The notes beneath the pieces are model-generated. The model worked only from the letters and a program-made list of their open reading frames with translations, ran no database searches and was not told the origin of the DNA. Made by a program: the position numbers and the translations under genes. A stretch of 64,000 bases of DNA from a virus. The DNA lies in the IMG/VR virus record IMGVR_UViG_3300049489_001113, positions 1 through 64,000 of that record. One strand, 5' to 3'. Each line of letters starts with the position of its first letter. Position 1 is the first letter of the stretch. Positions 37,453 through 45,505 of this stretch are shown piece after piece.

Positions 37453-37722
37453 ATGCGCATCCACGACACCGGGTCCGACAACTATCTCGTCGAGTTGATG
37501 CAGTCCCCGCTGGCTGTCGTGGAGCGAGCCCGGGGCGCGCTGTCCATCACCCACCCGGTCTCGTCTGTTGAACTGTTCGGTGGGCGCGCGAAGATCTGGT
37601 TCTATGAGAACCGCGCTGCTCTCGACGCGGACATGGTCGAACTCGCGGCACTGACCTACGAGAACGCTGCTCAGGTGGTCGAAGTCGACAACGATGGAAC
37701 CTGCGTGGACGTCACGCCGTAG
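37453..37722 (+). CDS. Module 3 'C' small protein (89 aa)
   Basis: RBS and position in the module. Confidence 0.7.
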   Translation: MRIHDTGSDNYLVELMQSPLAVVERARGALSITHPVSSVELFGGRAKIWFYENRAALDADMVELAALTYENAAQVVEVDNDGTCVDVTP

Positions 37723-37731
37723 GAGAAGAGA

Positions 37732-38124
37732 ATGTGGAACTGCCACCACTGCTCGAAGGCCGCCCTCGACACGGATGCTCGGTGCCCCCAGTGCGGAGCG
37801 CCGAGAGCCAGAAGCTCGCGGGCCGGAGGGTCTCCGGTGCCCGAGGCCGTCGCGATCAACCAGTGCACGAAGCTCAAGTTCGGTGACGGCAAGGCATTCG
37901 GCTACATGCGCTGGACCGAGGAGTTCGGCAGCGTGACGGACTCCCACCATCAGCTCGTGATGAACATGCGGGTGGAGCCGCCCGGTCTCGCCGAGCCCGA
38001 GGAGATGAAGCAACTCGGTGAGTGGGGCTGGGTCAAGGTCGCCCCGGGCCACTACCAGCGTGAACTGGAGCGAGCCCCGGTCATCACGTTCGAGGGTGAG
38101 AAGGCGAAGCATCTCCGGTTCTGA
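37732..38124 (+). CDS. Zn-ribbon hypothetical protein
   Basis: WNCHHC...CPQCG. Confidence 0.65.
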   Translation: MWNCHHCSKAALDTDARCPQCGAPRARSSRAGGSPVPEAVAINQCTKLKFGDGKAFGYMRWTEEFGSVTDSHHQLVMNMRVEPPGLAEPEEMKQLGEWGWVKVAPGHYQRELERAPVITFEGEKAKHLRF

Positions 38125-38245
38125 GATCACCGGCGCAGAACTCGCGCACATCCTCACCGCTGCCGGCGCACTCGTACCCGACTGTCCGCCACCCCTCCCT
38201 GGGACGGCGTGCGAACATCTCGAGCTTCTCCATGCCCGGGAACAT
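38084..38245 (-). pseudogene. Stranded original C-terminus of the MT-A70 gene
   Basis: MFPGMEKLEMFARRPREGWRTVGYEC aligns with MFVSLDKLELFARRDRPGWTCVGNEC of 38846-39472. Confidence 0.8.
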
Positions 38246-38874
38246 CAACACCATGAACGCGCTTCGTTGACGTGCGTAAACAGCTCCGCACGTAGTTTCA
38301 CGGCGGCCGTGACGGCTGCCTCGAAAGAGTCGAAGCACCCCCCGTTGTGTCGAACTCCTTGGTGGCACACGCGAACCCTGAACCGCCCACCGTTCTCCAA
38401 GTACACGTTCCTATGTCCGGTGGACGACCTGCCACGCTGGTTCTGCACACTCTGCTGGGGAGTAACGACGCGGAGATTCGCGCGTCGATTGTTCAATCGG
38501 TTGCCGTCGATGTGGTCCACTGCAACCTCACGGCGCGTCTCTTGGAGCAGAAACCGGTGTAAGAACCCGCGCCTTGATCGCACGTAACCGTGCGTATTCA
38601 AACTCCAGCGCCCTGCTCTCATAAGAAGCGGAACATCAGCTATATCAACAATGGTCCTGCTGACCACCGCACCTCGCCGATTCGTGAGGAGAAGCCACAC
38701 ACCATCAACCGCCTCCACCAGATCATTGAAGCCGCGTGAAATGGCGCCAGCCTTTCGTCTACGTTTGGCGGCGTAATGCGTGTTGCACACACCGTTCGCG
38801 TACCTGGGTCGCGGGCACCCTGCGACCCCGCAAGGGGACCTACTCTTACTGTTTGACCCAGTCACGGATATCAA
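38245..38874 (-). CDS. HNH-AP2 homing endonuclease
   Basis: LHRFLL...VDHIDGNRLNNRRANLR, SSTGHRNVY...GCFDSFEAA; lower GC. Confidence 0.9.
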   Translation of the reverse strand: MISVTGSNSKSRSPCGVAGCPRPRYANGVCNTHYAAKRRRKAGAISRGFNDLVEAVDGVWLLLTNRRGAVVSRTIVDIADVPLLMRAGRWSLNTHGYVRSRRGFLHRFLLQETRREVAVDHIDGNRLNNRRANLRVVTPQQSVQNQRGRSSTGHRNVYLENGGRFRVRVCHQGVRHNGGCFDSFEAAVTAAVKLRAELFTHVNEARSWC

Positions 38875-39472
38875 CTCCAGATGTTGATGGGCACTCGTTA
38901 CCTACACAAGTCCATCCTGGTCTATCACGTCGGGCAAAGAGTTCCAACTTGTCTAAACTGACGAACATTGAGTCCAGCGCATCCTGCACGCACTCGGGCT
39001 TCGCGCTGTGCTTCAGGTTCGGTGCGAAGAACACGTTCCGCACCGACCTGTTCTCGAGCTTGTCGTACACCTTCCCTCGCGTACCCACGAGCATGAACTC
39101 GCACGCATTGCGGGCGAGCCGTCCCATCCCGAAGGCGATGTCGGACGCACCGATCTGAACGTCCTCGGCATCCACCTCGACGCCCTTGCCCGTCTTCACC
39201 CAAACCCATACCTGCTTCTGCTCGAACCCGTACGCGTCGACGGCGCACATCCCCGCGGAGATCATCGACGCCGGGCACCAGAGAACGAGCACGGCGTCGT
39301 CCGCCGCGACGTTCTTCACGGGCAGGGTCACAATGTCTCGGATCGACATCGTCGTGTAGTTCGACCCGGCCCCCCTCGGTACGTCGCTCATCGTGAGCTT
39401 GTCCCCGAATTGCCAAGCTGGATCCGAAACAATCACTCCATACTTCTTCTGTTCCACGCGTTCTCCCTTCAC
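38846..39472 (-). CDS. MT-A70 family adenine methyltransferase 2
   Basis: VIVSDPAW, LVLW, WVKT, FGMG, HSAKP, LELFARR. Confidence 0.9.
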   Translation of the reverse strand: MKGERVEQKKYGVIVSDPAWQFGDKLTMSDVPRGAGSNYTTMSIRDIVTLPVKNVAADDAVLVLWCPASMISAGMCAVDAYGFEQKQVWVWVKTGKGVEVDAEDVQIGASDIAFGMGRLARNACEFMLVGTRGKVYDKLENRSVRNVFFAPNLKHSAKPECVQDALDSMFVSLDKLELFARRDRPGWTCVGNECPSTSGVDIRDWVKQ

Positions 39473-40437
39473 ACCATCTCCGACTCGAGCAGCGCCGACA
39501 CCACGTCGGCACCCAGTGAGTCCGGATCTTTCCTGTCGTCACCCGAGTAGCGCGCAACCCACGAGGGTACGTGCTTCGCCACCGTGTCCGCGAGGATGTG
39601 CGTCCCCGTCGTCCCTGCCGGATCGTTGTCCAGAAAGAACGTGCACGAGGACGCAGCGCACAGAAGCTCGATCTGCCGGCGGCTCGGCTTGCTCCCCATG
39701 ATCGCCACGGGACACACCTCGCCGAGACGAGCATGCCCCCGCGTCTCCTGCCACACCCGCATCGCGTCGAAGGGTCCCTCGACCACCACGACGTGCGCTG
39801 CCTCCCGTGCCGCGAGGTGGGCGCCGAAGAGGTGGCGGGACTTCTTCGCGTTCCAGTACGTGTGCCACCGTTGCGGGTCGTCCCGCGTGGTGCGCCCGAG
39901 GGCGCCGGCGAGGCGCCCGTTGCGGTTGCGCAGAGGAACCGTGGCGCGGTGCCGTTCCTTGTCGAAGCCCACGGACCAGGCTTCCATCGCCTGGACGGTG
40001 AACCCCCGCCCCATCATGTAGTCGCGCGCCTCCTCGTGAAGCGGCGCGAACTTCTCGTACATCACGCCGGGCAGGAGGCCGTCATCGTCGTCCTTCGCGG
40101 GTGGCGCGTCGTAGTCCTCCACCGCTCGAACCGCGTCGAGGAGACCATCCTCCTCGAGTTCGATCACCTTCCACCTGATCTCGTCGAGGTCTGTGTCGGC
40201 GTGAAGCTCGAGCGCATCGAGAAGCTGCTCCACGGTGCCGCCGAACCCGCACCCGAAGCAGTTCACGAGGCTGCGCACCGTCTCGCCGTAGCTGATGCCC
40301 ATGGACGGGTGACGGTCGGTCCCCTTCTTGTGCCGCCACGGCGCGAGCAGGCACGAGAACTGGACGTTCCCGCCCCCCGTCACCACACGGCTGGCGCCGA
40401 GTTCGTCGGCTACCCAGAGGACGTCCTTCTCGATCAT
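39469..40437 (-). CDS. dnaG: DNA primase (Zn-binding + Toprim)
   Basis: CLLAPWRH..D.HPS, NCFGCG, VVEGPFDA, FLDNDPAG. Confidence 0.88.
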   Translation of the reverse strand: MIEKDVLWVADELGASRVVTGGGNVQFSCLLAPWRHKKGTDRHPSMGISYGETVRSLVNCFGCGFGGTVEQLLDALELHADTDLDEIRWKVIELEEDGLLDAVRAVEDYDAPPAKDDDDGLLPGVMYEKFAPLHEEARDYMMGRGFTVQAMEAWSVGFDKERHRATVPLRNRNGRLAGALGRTTRDDPQRWHTYWNAKKSRHLFGAHLAAREAAHVVVVEGPFDAMRVWQETRGHARLGEVCPVAIMGSKPSRRQIELLCAASSCTFFLDNDPAGTTGTHILADTVAKHVPSWVARYSGDDRKDPDSLGADVVSALLESEMV

Positions 40438-41000
40438 CAGCGCAACCCGAAGTCGCGGAGAATGACCGCGGTGGCTTCCTCGAGGCGCACCAGATCTCCG
40501 ACGTTCATGATCGTGGCGTCGGCCTCGATCGATCGCTGCTCCGTCTCCGAGGCGTGCCCGTCGCCGTCGTACCCGGGGCGAGACACACGCACCAACTTCC
40601 CTCCGATTGAGCGGATCATCTCCGCCTCGTTCGCAAACCACACATCCGGCACGAGCCACAGCCGCACACCCGCGTCGCCTTCGATCCTGCACCGCAGGTT
40701 CTTCACCCACACCTGCGGGTCGATGCTCCGCCCGACCTCGGTGCCGAGGAGCTGCATCAGTTGACGCGGGGTCTTGTCCCAGCGAGGGTCCACGACCTCC
40801 TTGTGCTTGGGGTTGTGCATCTGCGCGTGCGACAGGTCGAAGATGATCTGCGCCGCCTCCTTCAATGGGGCAGCGAAGTGCGTCACCTGCACGCCGTCAT
40901 CACCTGGCCGGTGCGTGAGCAGTTTCTTCGCGAGGCTGGCGAAGGTATCCTTGCCCGCCCCCTTGCTCCCAAGGATCCCGATCACACGAACGCTCATCAC
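40437..41000 (-). CDS. Deoxynucleoside monophosphate kinase
   Basis: GSKGAGKDT, FAAPLK, TPRQLMQLLGTEVGR, DVWFANEA, HASE. Confidence 0.9.
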   Translation of the reverse strand: MMSVRVIGILGSKGAGKDTFASLAKKLLTHRPGDDGVQVTHFAAPLKEAAQIIFDLSHAQMHNPKHKEVVDPRWDKTPRQLMQLLGTEVGRSIDPQVWVKNLRCRIEGDAGVRLWLVPDVWFANEAEMIRSIGGKLVRVSRPGYDGDGHASETEQRSIEADATIMNVGDLVRLEEATAVILRDFGLR

Positions 41001-42835
41001 GACACCCTCCCTTGCGCGAACAACCCGAGCGTACGGGGGAACGCGTCTGACAAGATCCGTTGCACGACAAGGGCGAACTGCCTGATCTCAAACTGCGCGG
41101 CCTCATCGGTACGCAGCGCGAGGAAGGCGACCCACCCACGCAGGTTCGACGTCGCGCGCATGCGCGAGTACCGGCCCACGGGAAGGATCACACGCGCGAG
41201 TTCCTTCGGTACCCCATCGGAGAGGGCCGACTGATAGTCATCCTCGAGCTGCGCGTAGCGGGCCACCAACTTACGGCGGTACGCCTCCGCCGAGACCGCA
41301 TCGAGTTCGCGCGCACCGTGGATGCGGTTGGCCTGCTTGTTCGAGCCCGTCGCGTTCACCGTCAGCCGCTCGACGGTCGGGACGTAGTTCACGTCCGGCA
41401 GCGGGGTGTACCTGGCCGACATCTCGTTGTAGCCGAAGGGAACCCTGTGGCGGTGCCACTCGCGGAACACGAAGATGGGTGCCTGAACCTCGACGGTGAT
41501 CCCCGCCATCTCGAACGGCGTGTTCCCAGAGAGGACAACTTTCCCCCCGCGTCGCACAACCAGTACCCCAGTGCGGGTGTTTGCGCAGTACACGGTGCCC
41601 TCGTATGGAACCCACGACGTATTCACACGGCTCTGATTGATCACTGGCTCCGTCATCCGCGACAAGAACATCATCCGGTAGAGACCAACGTCCGATCTCC
41701 CAACCTGAACACACTCCCCGGCGTGGATCGCGATGCGTTGAACGGCATCTGCGAGCGGCGCCGACATGGTCGTGTACTCCCAGGCTCCGCGCTTCTCTGA
41801 ACCGTCCGAGTTGCGCAACCCATCAAGCAAGGCAGCCGCATCATCAGCACCAAGGTCCATCAGGAAGTCTGGAATACACTTGTCTCCATCTGGTGTATAG
41901 AACCACCGCCGAAATGCGGAGGTCAGCCCGTCGGCGCGCACAACACACGAAGACAACTCGTCGCAGGCCCAGCCTACCCCCGCGCACACTTCCTTCAGGT
42001 ACGCGATCTTCCGCTTCTTCCGAAGATGGAACTGGATCGAGTTGCGAACGGTGCCGTCGTCACGCCCAGCGAACCCATCACCAAGGAAGAACCCAATCAA
42101 CCGCAACAGCTCGCGCGAATCGTCGTGCTGCGGGAACCATTCCGATAAGTCCACATATGACCGCTTGCGCCGTGCATGCTTTCGATAGCGCACCATCGAA
42201 CGGAACCCAAGCTCCTCCACGGTCTCCAGGCGCCATGGAGACCACACCTGTCGGTTCTCGCCAACCACACTCACCTTCGTCTGCACGTACATGCGGTGCC
42301 CCGGCGTTACGAGCAAGTCCACTCCGCCATGATCGACACGGTACATGTTCCCTTTGAACGGATCGGCAACGAGCTGGAGCGGGGCCTCATACACCAGGGA
42401 CTCCGCAACAGGGTCCCAGCAACCGAGCAGGTCATCCTTCCGTACGTCTGGCCACGTCACGAAACCGCGCCGAGTCAGAACCTCGGTCGCCGCATCGTAG
42501 CAGTGGTGTTTGTGCTCCCACAGGTAGCGAAGGAGCTTTTCATCACCGGGCTTCGCGTCTTCGATTGCGACGTGCGCGCCACCGCGTTCCGTCGGGCAGT
42601 GGGTGTGTGGTAGACGACCTGTTGTACTCGACACGCCGCACGAGCAGCGAACCTCGCCCCATCCCTGGAACCCCTTGTTCGTGCTCATTCGTGCGGCCTC
42701 GATGATCTGCTCCTCCGAGCCCCACATCTCGATGAGCTTCACGAATCCGTGGTCGAGTACGGGAATCGGCTCCTCGTACTTCTCCATCAACTGCGTCTTG
42801 TGCAAGTCCACCCTCATGTTGTCGTTCTCCCTCAC
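40997..42835 (-). CDS. thyX: FAD-dependent thymidylate synthase containing an intein
   Basis: VLDHGFVKL, AARMS, H|TPFE, PIFVFREWHRHR, NEMSARY, ELARVILP, AQFEIR. Confidence 0.95.
   Translation of the reverse strand: MRENDNMRVDLHKTQLMEKYEEPIPVLDHGFVKLIEMWGSEEQIIEAARMSTNKGFQGWGEVRCSCGVSSTTGRLPHTHCPTERGGAHVAIEDAKPGDEKLLRYLWEHKHHCYDAATEVLTRRGFVTWPDVRKDDLLGCWDPVAESLVYEAPLQLVADPFKGNMYRVDHGGVDLLVTPGHRMYVQTKVSVVGENRQVWSPWRLETVEELGFRSMVRYRKHARRKRSYVDLSEWFPQHDDSRELLRLIGFFLGDGFAGRDDGTVRNSIQFHLRKKRKIAYLKEVCAGVGWACDELSSCVVRADGLTSAFRRWFYTPDGDKCIPDFLMDLGADDAAALLDGLRNSDGSEKRGAWEYTTMSAPLADAVQRIAIHAGECVQVGRSDVGLYRMMFLSRMTEPVINQSRVNTSWVPYEGTVYCANTRTGVLVVRRGGKVVLSGNTPFEMAGITVEVQAPIFVFREWHRHRVPFGYNEMSARYTPLPDVNYVPTVERLTVNATGSNKQANRIHGARELDAVSAEAYRRKLVARYAQLEDDYQSALSDGVPKELARVILPVGRYSRMRATSNLRGWVAFLALRTDEAAQFEIRQFALVVQRILSDAFPRTLGLFAQGRVS
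41522..42502 (-). mobile_element. Contiguous intein with LAGLIDADG-type endonuclease (327 aa)
   Basis: CYDAATEVLT, VTPGHRM, LIGFFLGDG, LLDGLRNSDG, VYC...SGN|T. Confidence 0.92.
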
Positions 42836-44109
42836 TTGAAGATCACGGTCTCTGCGTCGAACCCATCGTCGTCACCGTCACCGTCGGGAGCGGCCACATC
42901 GGACAGCTCCTCGAAGTTCATCGTCTCGAGATCCCACCGGACCTTGAACTCGCCGGTGAGACCTTCGCGCTGCTTCAGCAGGCGAATCATCAACTCGTAG
43001 TTGTTGCGCATCTCGTCGGTCTGCAGGAGCCCGAGCACGAGGTCCGCGTCCTGCCCGATCGAATCGCTGAAGGCGAGCGAACTCAGGTCACCGCGGAGCC
43101 CCTTCGACTTCCGGTTGAGCTGCGTCGTCACGACCACCGGGATCCCGAGCCGGACGGCGAGGCGCTTGAGATCCCGGGTGATGTTGGTGATCCCCTCCCA
43201 CCCGGTCTCACCCTTGTCGTCGCGCATCAGGTAGAGACCGTCGAGGAACAGGATGTCCGGCTGGAACTGGTCGACCTTCGCGGCGAGACCGGTGACGCCC
43301 ATGGCCGCGTCGTCGGAGGACACCCAGAAGTCAGGCATGTCCGCGTACAGGCGGACGCTCTCGAAGAACCGCGCCTCCTGCTCCTGCGAGAGATCTCCGG
43401 ACCGGAGCCCGGCGTAGGGGATCTTCGCCCGAGCGGCGTCGACGCGGCGGGTGAACTGGTCGACGGCCATCTCGCGCGAGACGATGAGCGGGACCCGCTT
43501 GGCGACCCCGTGCACCTCGTTGGCGAGCAGGGTCATGAGCCACGACTTTCCGACACCGGGGCGCGCCGAGATCACGACAAGCTCACCGGGGCGGAACCCG
43601 AGCGTCCACCGGTTCAGCGTCGGCCACGGCGTGGGCATCCCGGTCATGCCGCCCATGGTCTTCAGGCGCTGGTACTGCTCGATGCGCTCCTCGAGCGCGG
43701 ACCGGAGGTTCACGTCCTGCGAGCTGCGGATGTCCTGCTGTGACAGGGCGGCCGCGTTCTCGATGACGCGCAGCGCCCCCCTCGGGTCCTTGTCCTTGAG
43801 CAAGTTCCCGGCCTCGACCGCCGCGTCCTTGATGCGGAAGTGCAGGCGCCGGTTCTTCAACTCCTGCAGGTAGTACGCGGCCGCGGCCGGCTGCTCGTCG
43901 TCCGCGAACAACGCGGGGAACTTCCGCTGCACCTCCTGCGCCGGCGGCATGCCCCCGAACTCGCGGTTGTAGCCCGCGATCCAGGTCCAGACCGCCCGTC
44001 GCCCCTCGTCGAGGAACAGGGACTCCTCGAGCCCCTGCTGGACCATCGCCAGGTAGACCGCCCGGTCTGCCCGCAGTATGTCCCTAAGAATGCCTGTTTC
44101 AATGTCCAT
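42832..44109 (-). CDS. dnaB: Replicative DnaB-like helicase
   Basis: ARPGVGKS, SREM, LDGLY, QLNR, SDSIGQDAD, KQREG. Confidence 0.92.
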   Translation of the reverse strand: MDIETGILRDILRADRAVYLAMVQQGLEESLFLDEGRRAVWTWIAGYNREFGGMPPAQEVQRKFPALFADDEQPAAAAYYLQELKNRRLHFRIKDAAVEAGNLLKDKDPRGALRVIENAAALSQQDIRSSQDVNLRSALEERIEQYQRLKTMGGMTGMPTPWPTLNRWTLGFRPGELVVISARPGVGKSWLMTLLANEVHGVAKRVPLIVSREMAVDQFTRRVDAARAKIPYAGLRSGDLSQEQEARFFESVRLYADMPDFWVSSDDAAMGVTGLAAKVDQFQPDILFLDGLYLMRDDKGETGWEGITNITRDLKRLAVRLGIPVVVTTQLNRKSKGLRGDLSSLAFSDSIGQDADLVLGLLQTDEMRNNYELMIRLLKQREGLTGEFKVRWDLETMNFEELSDVAAPDGDGDDDGFDAETVIFK

Positions 44110-44573
44110 TATACGCGCTCCCGCTGTCCGACGTGCCCCACCCTATGCCCCTGCCCCTCGAACACCCGCGCCTCGACACCCCCGATCGTGGGGATGTCGA
44201 CCTCCTTCGGGACCAGGAACTCGATCAGCCTCGGAATCTGCCCCGCCGTCGAGCAGTACCCGGCCCAGGATTGCGTCCGGACGATCGAGCCGACCCAAGG
44301 ACGGTCCCGGGACACGAGCGATTGTAGGGCATCCTGGAGGACCGGACGACCAGGCACCACCACCTCGAAGAAGAACACCCCGGCCTGGGTGTTGACCCAA
44401 CGGGCGGTGTCCTCCCGCAACCGCAGGAGACGCACCACCAGGAAACCAAGGTCGAACCTCACTGCCTTCTCGAACAGCCAGAGGCGCAGCCCATCTTCCG
44501 GGGGTGCGTAAAGCAACCGCCAGTCCAGGTGAACCCTCGGCATGGGGTAGTTGGACAGGTCGCCCCTACGCAC
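44109..44573 (-). CDS. Hypothetical protein
   Basis: MRRGDLSN start; coupled in the operon. Confidence 0.6.
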   Translation of the reverse strand: MRRGDLSNYPMPRVHLDWRLLYAPPEDGLRLWLFEKAVRFDLGFLVVRLLRLREDTARWVNTQAGVFFFEVVVPGRPVLQDALQSLVSRDRPWVGSIVRTQSWAGYCSTAGQIPRLIEFLVPKEVDIPTIGGVEARVFEGQGHRVGHVGQRERV

Positions 44574-45156
44574 CGCGCACCTCCACGAGGTGGAGATGCT
44601 TGTCCCGCACCAGGGTGACCAGCACCGGGTACCGCGCGAACAGGTCGGTGAGAGGCAGGTACGACGTCACCAGGGTGGGCCGCCGGTTCTGCGCCCGCAC
44701 GTGCAGCAGGTTCTGCACGGCGCTCTTCACGAACGAATCCTCCTCGCGGTGGTACTCGAGCCCGAGCCCGCCGAGCCACAGGAAATCCACCCGCTCGACG
44801 TGGTCGGACGTGTGGACAGGGTCGCCGAACTCGTCCCGGGTCGCGAAGGCGTTGCGCACGATGGCGCGCTGCAGGTCGTTCACCTCGATGTGGTAGACCG
44901 TGAACCCCCCGCGGATCGCCGCCTTGAGCACCACGGAGATGCCGCGAGCCTGCTCCTCGGGGAAGGTGTCGCCGTGGGCCCCCACGAGCAGGAACCCCGA
45001 TCCGGCCCGACGAACCTTGGGCAGGTGCTCGACGTACCGACGCACCACACCCACGAACGTCTCGTCCGCGCGGATGTCGTCGACCTCGACACCCCAGTAC
45101 CCTTCCGGGATCTGGGCGTGCCGGAGCTGCTCCGATGTGGGAACCGGTGTCGTCAC
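44566..45156 (-). CDS. DnaC/IstB-like helicase loader with degenerate ATPase motifs
   Basis: AQIPEGY, GSGFLLVG, DFLWLGGLG.E, LLHVR..RRPTLVTS; located between the initiator and DnaB. Confidence 0.7.
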   Translation of the reverse strand: MTTPVPTSEQLRHAQIPEGYWGVEVDDIRADETFVGVVRRYVEHLPKVRRAGSGFLLVGAHGDTFPEEQARGISVVLKAAIRGGFTVYHIEVNDLQRAIVRNAFATRDEFGDPVHTSDHVERVDFLWLGGLGLEYHREEDSFVKSAVQNLLHVRAQNRRPTLVTSYLPLTDLFARYPVLVTLVRDKHLHLVEVRGA

Positions 45157-45500
45157 GAGGCACTCGGGAAAGGGGCGACCTTCGGCGTCTTCTCGTCCTG
45201 CACCTCGTCCTTCGCGGACCCGGGTGAGGGGGAGGTCTGCTCGTCGAGCGAGTGGAAGAACACGTTCCCGTTCGGGACGCGGAACTCACGGCAGTACCGC
45301 AACTTCAGGCGCTCGAGGTGATTCTCATGCACCGGGAACTCGCGGATGATCCGATCGCGGCCGAGGAAGACCTCGCGGATGACGACGCGGTAGCGCCCGA
45401 TCCCCTTCTTGTCGGGCCCCTCCTCGTAGACGTGAAGCTCACGCGGCTTGGTGACCGCTGTGGCCTTCTTCGGTGGGATCTTCGTGGGTTTCTCATTCAT
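45153..45500 (-). CDS. Hypothetical protein
   Basis: AAGGAG RBS. Confidence 0.6.
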   Translation of the reverse strand: MNEKPTKIPPKKATAVTKPRELHVYEEGPDKKGIGRYRVVIREVFLGRDRIIREFPVHENHLERLKLRYCREFRVPNGNVFFHSLDEQTSPSPGSAKDEVQDEKTPKVAPFPSAS

Positions 45501-45505
45501 GGTGC

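Noticed and set aside
28685-38124. Diversity-generating retroelement or shufflon behind the paralogues
   Set aside because: No reverse transcriptase, no adenine-only TR/VR pair, no invertase or inverted crossover sites seen.
35161-38157. Long antisense ORFs (998 aa here; also 48941-51097 and 52116-54800)
   Set aside because: Shadow frames of high-GC3 genes; no motifs or RBS.
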